The translations under genes and the position numbers were made by a program. The notes under the pieces were generated by a model. The model ran no database searches, had not been told where the DNA came from, and was given only the letters and a program-made list of their open reading frames with translations. From Candidatus Hydrogenedentota bacterium (GTDB lineage: Bacteria; Hydrogenedentota; Hydrogenedentia; Hydrogenedentales; SLHB01), in contig CAVUWV010000019.1 of NCBI GenBank assembly GCA_963745075.1, forward strand, positions 41,248-105,247: DNA of 64,000 bases. Reading direction: 5' to 3'. This document shows positions 38,232-47,727 of the stretch, one piece after another (position 1 is the stretch's first letter; each line of letters starts with the position of its first letter).

Positions 38232-38912
38232 ATGCCGCGAGCGACAACATACTTTACGGACGAACAGCGAAGGGCGGTCGAAGCTGCCGTGGCCGAGGCG
38301 GAGAGCAAGACCTCTGCGGAAATCGTGCCCGTCGTCGCTGCGTCGTCCGGACGTTACGACCGGCCCGAAGATATCGTTGGGCTTTTTGCCGGTCTCGTGC
38401 TCGTGGGGATCTCGTGGGCGTTCCTGCCGGCGGATACGCTGAACCGAACGGGGTCGTGGGACAGCGTAGCGATTCCGTACACGTTGCCGGTACTGATTCT
38501 TGCGATGGTCGTCGGGTTCGCTGCAGGTGCGATCGTCGCTTCTCAAATTGAATGGCTTCGCATGTTGTTTACCCCATCGAATCAAATGCGCGACGAGGTG
38601 AACGCACGGGCACGGCAAGTCTTCTTCGACGATCGCGTGCACCATACCGCGGGCGCCACCGGGTTGTTATTCTACGTGTCGTTGTACGAACGGACCGCAG
38701 TCCTTCTCGGCGACGCTGCGGTTGCGGATAAGCTGGGACAACCCGCGCTGGACGCGTTGTGTGCGGACCTCGTGCGGGAAATTCGTGAAGGGGATATTGC
38801 CTCTGCGCTCGCCAACGCCATTCGCAAAGCCGGTGAACAGTTGGAACCGGTTCTGCCTCGCGAATCCGACGACGTGAACGAACTCGCCGATACCCTCATT
38901 CTAATGGACTGA
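38232..38912 (+). CDS. TPM-domain membrane protein
   Basis: AVAEAESKTSAEIVPV, TGLLFYVSLYER, DDVNELAD. Confidence 0.85.
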   Translation: MPRATTYFTDEQRRAVEAAVAEAESKTSAEIVPVVAASSGRYDRPEDIVGLFAGLVLVGISWAFLPADTLNRTGSWDSVAIPYTLPVLILAMVVGFAAGAIVASQIEWLRMLFTPSNQMRDEVNARARQVFFDDRVHHTAGATGLLFYVSLYERTAVLLGDAAVADKLGQPALDALCADLVREIREGDIASALANAIRKAGEQLEPVLPRESDDVNELADTLILMD

Positions 38913-38921
38913 TCGTTTCCC

Positions 38922-40733
38922 TTACTGATAGAAGGCCTTCAGCGCCTCGACGTAGGCTTCCGCAAACCGCTGGCGCCACCAGGGCTGGGACACCCATTTG
39001 CAGTCGGTGGGGTTGGTGAGGTTGGCGCACTCAATCAACACTTTCGTGGGGACCATGGTGTTGCGCAGGACCGCCACCACGTACTCTTTTCCGCCGTCCT
39101 GGCGTATCACACGGCGGATGGGATCGCCCACGCTGTGCCGTTTGATCCGCGCTTTGCCGAGTTGGTCCAAGAGGGTTACGGCGAAGTTGCGGGACAATGC
39201 CTCATCGCGGCGACGCTCATCCGCTGTGGACCGGGCCTCCGGTTGCTCTTTGTACTCTGCGTATTGGTCGTACGCCCCGGGCGGCCATCCTGTCTCACGA
39301 TCCTTGCGCCACGCGGCGCCCGGCAGGTACACCATCGCGCCGCGTAGTTTGGCGTTAAACAGGGCGTCGCAGTGAAAACTGGTGAAGATGATTTTGCGGG
39401 GGTCCACACCGGCTACCGTTTCTTTGCGGTAGATCGAGTTGGCGAGATACCAGCGGAGATTGGCTGAGATCTTGGCGTTCTCGTTCCAGTAACTTGGTGT
39501 GGTCAGAACCTTCTCATCTTTGTCGAACTGGAAACGATCGATATCTTGCGGTTCGTATCCTTGATCCGGATCCAGCATGGTCACATAGACTTTGGCGCGC
39601 GTCTGCGTTTCAAGGATGAGTTTTACGCGGCACATGATATCGTAATTGATTTCGTCCTCGTACAACGTATAGGTATGGTTCAGTTGATCGGTTCCCTTGT
39701 CCTTGCCGCCGTGCCCCGGATCGAGAATCACCACCACGCCCTCGAGATCTTTGCTGGTGACCTGGCCGCGCAACCGGTTCGCTTCGGCGATGCTCGCTTC
39801 GTACTCTTCCCGTTCCCGGCTGCCTTTCGGCTTGAACCGGTCCGACAGCAAGTCGACGGGGATGAAGATTTCCGTGCCCGGTTTCATGTCGTGGACGTCT
39901 TTGATCCGGCTTTCTTCTTGAACGGTGTCGCAGGCGGTCAGAATGTCGGCGTTTTCACGAAGGTCGGTGAACCGCACGATCACGGCGGTATAGAGGGCTT
40001 CGCCGGGCTTCAACCGGTACACGGCATATCGCGTCGATCCGCGGCGCGTGTACGAGAGTTCCTCGGCGGCTTTCGACAAGTCCAATTCGCTAGGCTCGGA
40101 CTCCGCCTTCTCGAGATCTTCCACCAGCGGGGTTTCGGTTGGTTCCCGCATCACATCCAGCAGGAGTTCTTTGGGGAAGAGGATTTGCTGACCAGCTTGC
40201 AGATTCTCGGAGGAGAGGTTGTTCCGTTTTGCGATGGCCTCGTGATTCGTACCCTTGCCCGTGAGCCACTCGCACAAGGTCCACAGGGTTTCCTGGTCGG
40301 GTCCACCCTCGATGACAGTGTGGTGCCATCCTTTCTCGTCGACGAAATCCGCGCCGAAGACGGAGAGCAGTACGTTGCGGCGTGCGGCGGGGTTGAGTTG
40401 GCTGAAGGGGATGGCGACAGCGCCTTTGCCCGCGTAGGTTTTCCAGTTGGCGCCCTCGTCAAGGTATCGCTCCAGGAACCCTTGAGCTGCCTTGCCGCTC
40501 GGAGGCCGGCATTCGAGGAACAAAACGCGCCCGTTCCGGAGGGAAGCCGTTGTGTACTCGTCGACTTCTTCACGCACGGTATCCGACAGGGCGGACGGCG
40601 TTCCGGCCATCCAGATGAGCAGCAGACTGAGCAGCGCCCGGCAGGCAGGGCCACGGAAATCGCGCCACCGCTTGTGCAGGGCGGTCGCTCGATCGGTACG
40701 AGCGGCACGTTGTTTTTCAGTTTCAAACTTCAC
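38922..40733 (-). CDS. N-acetylmuramoyl-L-alanine amidase (Amidase_3) with LysM-like domains
   Basis: ILDPGHGG, E, SFHCD, VLIE Zn/catalytic motifs; ETLWTL...NN...LQAGQQILFP. Confidence 0.82.
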   Translation of the reverse strand: MKFETEKQRAARTDRATALHKRWRDFRGPACRALLSLLLIWMAGTPSALSDTVREEVDEYTTASLRNGRVLFLECRPPSGKAAQGFLERYLDEGANWKTYAGKGAVAIPFSQLNPAARRNVLLSVFGADFVDEKGWHHTVIEGGPDQETLWTLCEWLTGKGTNHEAIAKRNNLSSENLQAGQQILFPKELLLDVMREPTETPLVEDLEKAESEPSELDLSKAAEELSYTRRGSTRYAVYRLKPGEALYTAVIVRFTDLRENADILTACDTVQEESRIKDVHDMKPGTEIFIPVDLLSDRFKPKGSREREEYEASIAEANRLRGQVTSKDLEGVVVILDPGHGGKDKGTDQLNHTYTLYEDEINYDIMCRVKLILETQTRAKVYVTMLDPDQGYEPQDIDRFQFDKDEKVLTTPSYWNENAKISANLRWYLANSIYRKETVAGVDPRKIIFTSFHCDALFNAKLRGAMVYLPGAAWRKDRETGWPPGAYDQYAEYKEQPEARSTADERRRDEALSRNFAVTLLDQLGKARIKRHSVGDPIRRVIRQDGGKEYVVAVLRNTMVPTKVLIECANLTNPTDCKWVSQPWWRQRFAEAYVEALKAFYQ

Positions 40734-40773
40734 GCAAGCACATACTCCGGAGAACGCCCATTGGGGACGCTAT

Positions 40774-40789
40774 ATACAATATATTGTGT
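40774..40789. promoter_or_regulatory. NrdR-box-like palindrome
   Basis: ATACAATATATTGTGT, one mismatch to ACACAATATATTGTGT; 40 bp upstream of the amidase start. Confidence 0.45.
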
Positions 40790-40984
40790 GTGACCGCTCG
40801 TCAATAGTAAACCTGTAGAAAATACCGCAAGATGCAGGATCTGGGCGGCTGAGATTGCTATGGGTTGTATATCAATTTGTTAGGGTGGTTGTAAATGATT
40901 GAAAAACAATAACTTATAAGCTGATCGTTAGGTGGTGTGTAGCGACGGGGTGATGGAATTCCGATTGTGGAACGAAGTGAGCAA

Positions 40985-41623
40985 TTACGGCGCGGGATAT
41001 ATTTCCCGGAGCCGGTACCAGGCGTAGCGCGAGATCGCATGGCGCACATCGGGGTCGAGAGACACAAACCGTACGCCGAAAAGCCGGCTGCCCGGGCTTG
41101 ACGATTGGGTCTCGTCCGAGATGTGCACGACTTGGCCGAGAATCCGCAACAAGGGCTCGCCGGGAAGGGAAAGGGTAAGTTCCAGGGTCGTGCTGAAATC
41201 GAAAGGCGCGTCAGATTCGATCAGTGCGCCGCCGGCACTAAGATTCAAGAGGCTGGCATCATAGCGGCGGACGTGAACCTGGTCCTTCACCTGCACGGTC
41301 AGGTCGGTCGGCACGCGGCACGCATCACGATGTTGGGTACGACGAGATTCGTTCGGTTTGGTGAGTAGCAGACCGGAATCGTTCTTGGCGGGACCCTCGA
41401 TAACTTCCGCTTCGAAGCTGTCAAACCCGTCCGCATCATGGAAATCGAGGCTGACCGTCATCCCGGGGACGGGATAATCCCTTCCGGGAAACGAAACGCG
41501 AATGGAATTTTCTCCCACCTCGAGGAGATCCACGAGGAAGTACTGGCCAATGACGTTCAGGAGACAGGTGCTCCCGGCGCGCATTTCCATTCGCAGTCGT
41601 TGGTCGGATTTCTTCTCGCTCAT
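40985..41623 (-). CDS. PilZ-domain protein (degenerate N-terminal barrel plus intact C-terminal PilZ)
   Basis: HRDACR (RxxxR) and NLSAGG. Confidence 0.8.
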   Translation of the reverse strand: MSEKKSDQRLRMEMRAGSTCLLNVIGQYFLVDLLEVGENSIRVSFPGRDYPVPGMTVSLDFHDADGFDSFEAEVIEGPAKNDSGLLLTKPNESRRTQHRDACRVPTDLTVQVKDQVHVRRYDASLLNLSAGGALIESDAPFDFSTTLELTLSLPGEPLLRILGQVVHISDETQSSSPGSRLFGVRFVSLDPDVRHAISRYAWYRLREIYPAP

Positions 41624-41683
41624 GGATACCCCTCGGCTGGTTCGATACGAATCTTATCACAGCATTGGGAACTCATCAATGAG

Positions 41684-42274
41684 TCAGGACCCGGCTTGGG
41701 CAACCGCACCGGCGTCGGCGGCGATTTCGGCGGCGATTTCTTCGAGTCCCTTGGACAGGGTCTCCACGACGGCGGCAGGCTCGGCCGCGTTCGCGGGGAG
41801 CGTAACTTCGTATAGTTTCCGCAACAAGGGGGTGTCGTAGCGGCTGGCGCCTTCGTTCCGCAGGTCCAGCTCCAGTTTGATGTGGGCGTCGGCGCCGTCC
41901 GGCCGGTCCACTTGCTCGAAGGCCAGGATCGTTCCCGACACGGCGATGGTTCTTCGTTGGGGATCGGGGTCGCCGAATTCCGCTTGCAGCTTTTCCGGGA
42001 TCAATTCACTCAGGGTCGCCGCCCATCGATCCAAGGCGTAGTACTCGATTTGCGTCGGGGACTTTTTGACGAGGATGTCGGTCCGGGTGAGCGCATCGTG
42101 GGGACGCAAGCGGTCGACCTCGATGTTGCAGTCCGGGTGCACCGTGCCGGAGGGCGTCATGTTGAGCGTGTAATACCGCGGTTCGGGCGTGTGCGCGCAG
42201 CCTCCGGCGAACGGCACGAGGAGAAGCCCCAGAATTGCGAACCCCACCATTCGATTGTCCACGAGCAATCGCAT
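41684..42274 (-). CDS. PqiC-like ABC transport auxiliary lipoprotein
   Basis: Lipobox FAGGC, PRYYTL, YYALDRWA. Confidence 0.8.
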   Translation of the reverse strand: MRLLVDNRMVGFAILGLLLVPFAGGCAHTPEPRYYTLNMTPSGTVHPDCNIEVDRLRPHDALTRTDILVKKSPTQIEYYALDRWAATLSELIPEKLQAEFGDPDPQRRTIAVSGTILAFEQVDRPDGADAHIKLELDLRNEGASRYDTPLLRKLYEVTLPANAAEPAAVVETLSKGLEEIAAEIAADAGAVAQAGS

Positions 42275-43288
42275 TTACTCTGCCTTTCTGCCTTGTGGCC
42301 CGGCGCCGCGGATGACGGATTGCGGCTCCTCAGCGATGGTTCGTGAGAAGTCGCGCAAGTGCCGTACCGTCTCCCGTAAGTCGATCAAGGTATCCTCGAG
42401 GATGGGCCGATTGTCGATAAGCGTGCCATTGGCTTCTCCCGAGAGTGATGCGGCGTTGTCGAGCGTCTTCTGCAAGCTGGCGGTAATGTTGTCGAGTTCA
42501 TTGGAAACGGATTCCACCCGATCGAGGATGGGCGGGACCTTCTTCAGCGCGGCCTGGAGGTCGCTCTTGCTTTCACCGACCGCGTCGTGCACCTCCGCCA
42601 TCAGATCGCGGGTCGAATCGCTGACTTCCTTCACGCGATCCAAAATATCCTGAATATCGTCCCGGTAGTCGTTGACCGAGTCCCGCACATCGGTCACGAG
42701 GCCCGTGCCTTCCGTAACCGCGCCGTCGAGGTTATCCATAATCGAGGCGACCGTGGTATCCAGTTCGCCGTTTTCCGATTTCTTTTGGGCGTCTTCGACT
42801 CCCAGTAAGGCCTGCACGTCCTTGATCACGGATTGGATCGTGCCTGCGAGTTGCCCGGCCTGATCGAGCAGCCCGCCTTCACGCACGGATATTTCGGCGC
42901 CATCCGGCAGCAACGGGGCGTCTTCTTTGCCGGTCGAAATCTCGAGGTGTTTCTCCGCGGTAAGGGTGGTCTGGCCCACGTAGGCGATGCTTTCTTCGTT
43001 TACGCGCAACTCGGGCGGGACTACCGCCTCGACGAGAATCTTTTCGGGTTGACCGGGGTCGGTTTCGATATTGCGGACGCGGCCCACTTTCAAGCCGCCG
43101 AAACGCACGTCGGCGCCCTTGTTCAGACCGAGCGTGTCCTTGAAATAACAGTGAAAAACATGTTCGTTTGACGGAGGGCGGAATCCCTCGATAACGGCAA
43201 GAAATATGGCGAACGCCGCAATGCTTGCCAGGACGAGTGCGCCGGCCTTGATTTCGGCCGCGGTAAAATCATGTTTTTTAGCGGGCAT
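42275..43288 (-). CDS. mlaD: MCE/MlaD protein with long helical extension
   Basis: EIKAG-TM, GLNKGADVRFGGLKVGRV; C-terminal EEPQSVIRG. Confidence 0.88.
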   Translation of the reverse strand: MPAKKHDFTAAEIKAGALVLASIAAFAIFLAVIEGFRPPSNEHVFHCYFKDTLGLNKGADVRFGGLKVGRVRNIETDPGQPEKILVEAVVPPELRVNEESIAYVGQTTLTAEKHLEISTGKEDAPLLPDGAEISVREGGLLDQAGQLAGTIQSVIKDVQALLGVEDAQKKSENGELDTTVASIMDNLDGAVTEGTGLVTDVRDSVNDYRDDIQDILDRVKEVSDSTRDLMAEVHDAVGESKSDLQAALKKVPPILDRVESVSNELDNITASLQKTLDNAASLSGEANGTLIDNRPILEDTLIDLRETVRHLRDFSRTIAEEPQSVIRGAGPQGRKAE

Positions 43289-43318
43289 ACCTTCCTTCTA
43301 TTCCATACGCATGTATTG

Positions 43319-44137
43319 TCACGTCGCGGGACGAGGCGCGTCAACGCCCATCAACGAGCGCACGTACTCGTCGCGGAAGTCTCCCTCTTCGTCCGGCCGG
43401 CGATCGAAGAATTGTTTCACGAAGGGATCGGTCGACGTTTGCAATTCCTCGATGGTCCCCGAACTGACGATGCGCCCCGCGTTCAGCATGCAGACGGTGT
43501 CGGCGATGAGCCGGACGCTGGCCATCTCATGAGTGACTACCACGCTGGTCAAATTAAACGTACTCTGCATCTTTCGAATCAACATGTCCAATCCGGCCGC
43601 GACGATGGGGTCCAGCCCGGCCGAGGGCTCGTCGTAGAAGATGATCTCGGGGTCCATGGCCATGGCGCGCGCGAGTCCGGCCCGCTTTTTCATACCACCA
43701 CTCAGTTCGGACGGCAGGTAATCCTCGAACCCGTTCAGGCCGACCAGGGCGAGCTTGATCTTGGTTTGAATTTCGATGGTCGAACTTGCCAGGCGCGTGT
43801 GTTCGCGCAAAGGGAGCGCCACGTTGTCGGCCAACGATATGGAATTGAACAACGCAGAACCCTGGAAACACATGCCGATTCGTTTGCGGACTTCGATGCG
43901 TTCTTCGTCGCTCATGGCGGTGAAGTCCTGCCCGTTGATCAGGATCTGTCCCGAGTACGGGCGCATGAGACCAACCAGATTGCGCAGGAGGGTGCTCTTG
44001 CCGCACCCGCTGCCGCCAAGTATCACGAAGGTCTCTCCGCGCCGGACCTTGAAGTTCAAACCATCCAGAACCGTGCGTTCCCCATACTTCACCACGAGGT
44101 CGCGGACTTCGATGATGTGGTCGTTTGTGTCGTTCAT
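43319..44137 (-). CDS. mlaF: MlaF/Mkl-type ABC ATPase
   Basis: GGSGCGKS, PSELSGGMKKRAGLARA, YDEPSAGLDP, VVTHE, DPFVKQF. Confidence 0.93.
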   Translation of the reverse strand: MNDTNDHIIEVRDLVVKYGERTVLDGLNFKVRRGETFVILGGSGCGKSTLLRNLVGLMRPYSGQILINGQDFTAMSDEERIEVRKRIGMCFQGSALFNSISLADNVALPLREHTRLASSTIEIQTKIKLALVGLNGFEDYLPSELSGGMKKRAGLARAMAMDPEIIFYDEPSAGLDPIVAAGLDMLIRKMQSTFNLTSVVVTHEMASVRLIADTVCMLNAGRIVSSGTIEELQTSTDPFVKQFFDRRPDEEGDFRDEYVRSLMGVDAPRPAT

Positions 44138-44140
44138 GAT

Positions 44141-44938
44141 CTAGAAGAAAAACAACGCTGTAAATACCAGGTCCACCAGAATGATAAGAAAGATCGATGT
44201 CACCACCGATGACGTGGTCATTTTGCCGACGCCCTCGGCGCCGCCTTCCACCTGAAAACCGCGATACACGCCAACCCAACAAATTACCACCGCGAAGAAA
44301 ACGCTTTTCGTCATGCCGGTGGCGAAATCCCTTATTTGGAGGGCGTGGGCGGTGTTGCTCAGATACAAGTCCGAGTCGACGCCCAGCGCCGTGACCGACA
44401 GCGCGTACCCGCCGAGGATCATGATGAACGTGGCGAGAATCGTCAGGCTGGGTATCGCGACCAGCATGGCGAGAAACTTGGGCACGATCAGGAATTTGGT
44501 CGGGTTCAGGCCCATCACTTCCAGAGCGTCGATTTCCTCGGCGACTTTCATGGTGCCGATTTCCGCCGCGATGGCGGACCCGCTGCGCCCCGTGAGCAGG
44601 ATGGCCGTCATCAGGGGCGCGAGTTCGCGCATGGCCGCCACGCCAACCAGGTTGGCGATGTACTGGGTCGCGCCGAACCGGGCCAACTGGTAGGCGGACT
44701 GCATCGCCATGATAGCGCCGATCAGGAAACAAATGAGCGCGACGATGGGCAGCGAATTGACGCCGTAGTCCACCAGGTTCCATACCACGGCCTTCACACG
44801 CAACCCCTTGCCACGAAACGGCTGGATAAGGGTCCAGTTCAACGTCTCGACCATGAGCACACCGACGCGGGACAGCGCATACAACCCATTCAGGCTGATC
44901 CGGCCCGTGGCGCCGAGCGTGTAGGTCACGGCCGTCAT
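44141..44938 (-). CDS. mlaE: MlaE ABC permease
   Basis: RELAPLMTA, GRSGSAIAAEIGTMKVAEEIDAL, GGAEGVG. Confidence 0.93.
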   Translation of the reverse strand: MTAVTYTLGATGRISLNGLYALSRVGVLMVETLNWTLIQPFRGKGLRVKAVVWNLVDYGVNSLPIVALICFLIGAIMAMQSAYQLARFGATQYIANLVGVAAMRELAPLMTAILLTGRSGSAIAAEIGTMKVAEEIDALEVMGLNPTKFLIVPKFLAMLVAIPSLTILATFIMILGGYALSVTALGVDSDLYLSNTAHALQIRDFATGMTKSVFFAVVICWVGVYRGFQVEGGAEGVGKMTTSSVVTSIFLIILVDLVFTALFFF

Positions 44939-45252
44939 TGATCCCCCCGGATGGTAAACACGGTATCCAGACGAGACAGTTGGAGGACTTTCATGACGGC
45001 CTGAGAGGGCGCAACGAGGGTAAACGTGGTCCCGGTTCCGAGCGCAGAACGGTATCCCTCGACCAGGGTGGCGACGCCGGAACTGTCCATGTAGGGGACG
45101 CCACGGAGGTCCACCGATACGGCGCCGCCGGATTTGGGCATGGCTTTGGTCACGGCGCTGCGGAGGTCCGGCGAACTGTAGAGATCGACCTCGCCCCGGA
45201 CCACGATCACCCAGGATCCCGCGCCGCCCTGCGTTTCAATTTCGAGTGCCAT
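44935..45252 (-). CDS. STAS anti-anti-sigma (RsbV/SpoIIAA/MlaB-like)
   Basis: GEVDLYSSPDLR, YMDSSGVATL; ATGA overlap with mlaE. Confidence 0.9.
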   Translation of the reverse strand: MALEIETQGGAGSWVIVVRGEVDLYSSPDLRSAVTKAMPKSGGAVSVDLRGVPYMDSSGVATLVEGYRSALGTGTTFTLVAPSQAVMKVLQLSRLDTVFTIRGDQ

Positions 45253-45261
45253 TACTGCGTC

Positions 45262-45777
45262 CTATCCATCCTGTGCGCGGCGCGCGGTTTCGTCCGTCTG
45301 CGACGGATTCGCAAGCCGCATCGTCACGCGGTTCCCGCATTTTTGCCCCGGTTCGAATATGACTTCGTCAAATATGCGATGCATGAGTTGCACGCCGAGT
45401 CCTCCGGGCCGCACCATGCGCTTATCGGGCGCCGGCGGGAACTCGTTCTTGCGGCAACGATCCAAATCGAGCGGAACGCCATCGTCACTGAGTTCGATGA
45501 CGATCCAATCCGGCTCGCGCCGAAGCGCGAGATACACGCGCCGGTCACAGCAGCCGCCGTAGGAATGGCGAATCGAGTTGGCGCAGGCCTCATCCACCGC
45601 CAGTACGACCGCATCGGCCTTTTCGCCGGTGATGCCCGCCGTGGCGAGATAGCCCCGGACCAGACCGCGCACAGCGTTCAGCAAGCGTGGATCCGACACC
45701 AGGTTCATGCGAATGTCATCTGGTTCCACGGTCGGCTCTCCGGCATTTACGTTGCCGAACCCGGGAGCGATCCTCAC
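45262..45777 (-). CDS. RsbW-like Ser kinase / anti-sigma factor
   Basis: DEACANSIRH (N box), DDG (G1), RPGGLG (G2). Confidence 0.88.
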   Translation of the reverse strand: MRIAPGFGNVNAGEPTVEPDDIRMNLVSDPRLLNAVRGLVRGYLATAGITGEKADAVVLAVDEACANSIRHSYGGCCDRRVYLALRREPDWIVIELSDDGVPLDLDRCRKNEFPPAPDKRMVRPGGLGVQLMHRIFDEVIFEPGQKCGNRVTMRLANPSQTDETARRAQDG

Positions 45778-47456
45778 CCGAGGTACTTTACGGAAATCAT
45801 CGTGCAGTCATCGTGAGGCAGTACGGGCGCGCAATAGGCTAGCACGTTCTCGTTCACGCAGTCGATTAGCTGCCGCGGCGTATTGCGCTGGCATCCGAGC
45901 ACCACGTCGCACAAGCGATCCATGCCAAACTCTTCGAAATCGGAATCGCCGGACGGTTGCGTGTGGGTGGCGCGCGCCTCGACGATACCGTCCGTAAACA
46001 ATAGCATCATATCGCCGGGCTCGGCGTCAGTCTCGCTGTCTTCCCAGGGGACGTCCGGCAGGATACCGGCGGGAGGGCCGCTCGCGTCACCGAAAACCCG
46101 CACGCCCTTGCCGACGCCGATGACCGGATGATGCCCGGCATTGGCAACACGGACCTTCCCCGAATCCAGGTCCAGCACAAGATAACACAACGTGCAAAAT
46201 GTGCCGCTCGGACTGGAATCCACGAGGCTCCGGTTCAGGTCGCGCAGGACCGCTGCGGGCGAATCCAGGTTGCGTGCCGAGATGCGGAACTCGGCCAGGA
46301 GTTGCGCCATGGTTAGTGCCGCCGGCACGCCTTTCCCGCTCACGTCCCCGATTAAGATCCCGATGCGCGTATCGCCCACCTGCACGAAGTCGTAGAAATC
46401 GCCGCCGACGGTCTTGGCCGGCCGCGTTTCGCCGTAGACCTGGTATCGGCTGTGCGTCTCGGGCCACTGGCGAACCAGAAATCCCTCCTGGATGGTCCAG
46501 GCGTGTTGGATTTCCTGGTCGATGCGTTGTTTGTCCAGGATCTGGCTGTGCATGGTCGCGTTCTCGAGTGCGAGCCCCGCGCTGTTCCCTACAGCCGTCG
46601 TCAGCAACATGTCTTCATGGCTGTACTGGTGGCCGGCGCGGTCGGTGTCGATGTAGAGAATGCCGAAGATTCCGAACTTGCCCCGCAGCGGGACGCAAAT
46701 GATGGAGCGCAACTTCAACGACATGATGCTCTCGGCGATGTTTAGCTCGCTGTCGCGGTCGGAGTCCTGGAAGAGCAGACTCTCGCCCCGTTCGAGCACG
46801 CGATGGGCGATGGTGCTGCTGATGTGGAATTCCCGTTCGTCGACGTGCTGCACCTTCTTACCCTGAATGACGTGGTAGCGAGCGCATACGGGGCAGGGTT
46901 TGAGTTCCATCTTGTCTTCGCCGGCAAAGACGATGGCGCCGCGCTGGGCGTCAATTGCGCGCATGGTAGTCTCGAGGATCCGGTCGACCAGCGGGCAGGG
47001 TTCGAAGTTGGAGGCGATCTCGTTCATGACCGAGTACACTGCGCGCAGCAGGTGCTCCGCGCGTTCTTCGCGCTCGCCGGGGGCCTCGATGCCGGTCTCC
47101 TGCTGCCAGTCGACCATCGTTTCTTTGAAGATGGTCGTGGTGTCCTCGGTCTCCTCGGCGGGCACGTCTTCCAGCTCGAAACGCATGACCGTCTCGCCGA
47201 CTTGCAGTTCGTCCCCGTTGGTCAGGACGCCTTCGAGCATGGCCCGGCCGTTCATGCGGGTGCCGTTGGTGCTTCCCAGGTCCTTCCACTGAAACCGGCC
47301 GTCCGTAGTCGTGATCTGAACGTGCTTGCGCGAGGCCGCTGAGTCGTCGATGACATAGCCGCAGTCCACGGCACGACCCAGCGTCAGCGAAGGCCCGACG
47401 GGCACCCGCCGCTCCTCCCCAAGACTGGTCCGGCAAATGAGATAACCACGCAGCAC
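45774..47456 (-). CDS. FHA-GAF-PP2C (SpoIIE/RsbU-like) phosphatase
   Basis: FHA LGR..SRKH..DLGSTNGT; GAF SIICVPL..GILYID; VGGDFYD, GDVSGKGVPAA, FTDGI, DDCT. Confidence 0.9.
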   Translation of the reverse strand: MLRGYLICRTSLGEERRVPVGPSLTLGRAVDCGYVIDDSAASRKHVQITTTDGRFQWKDLGSTNGTRMNGRAMLEGVLTNGDELQVGETVMRFELEDVPAEETEDTTTIFKETMVDWQQETGIEAPGEREERAEHLLRAVYSVMNEIASNFEPCPLVDRILETTMRAIDAQRGAIVFAGEDKMELKPCPVCARYHVIQGKKVQHVDEREFHISSTIAHRVLERGESLLFQDSDRDSELNIAESIMSLKLRSIICVPLRGKFGIFGILYIDTDRAGHQYSHEDMLLTTAVGNSAGLALENATMHSQILDKQRIDQEIQHAWTIQEGFLVRQWPETHSRYQVYGETRPAKTVGGDFYDFVQVGDTRIGILIGDVSGKGVPAALTMAQLLAEFRISARNLDSPAAVLRDLNRSLVDSSPSGTFCTLCYLVLDLDSGKVRVANAGHHPVIGVGKGVRVFGDASGPPAGILPDVPWEDSETDAEPGDMMLLFTDGIVEARATHTQPSGDSDFEEFGMDRLCDVVLGCQRNTPRQLIDCVNENVLAYCAPVLPHDDCTMISVKYLG

Positions 47457-47727
47457 GAAACGCTCTCCCAGTCGTCACGACCCCCGGGAATACTAGCGTC
47501 TTGCCGAATCACAAGGCAAACGACCGATTCTTCGGCATGCCCCCACTGCGACCCGGCGCCTCACCTGCACCATGATTGGACGGATCGGACCGATCGGTCC
47601 GATCGTAAGTGCGGGGATGCCCCTGTCAAATCCGCGCCCCTGACGTTGACGGAGCCGGCAGGGTCGCATAAACTCGGGTTTCGTATTCGCTGCGAGCCGG
47701 TTTTCAGATCAACAAGGAGCCAAACCC

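Noticed and set aside
37416..38912. TPM pair as a novel system
   Set aside because: Common gene pair, usually with lemA; only the absence of lemA is notable
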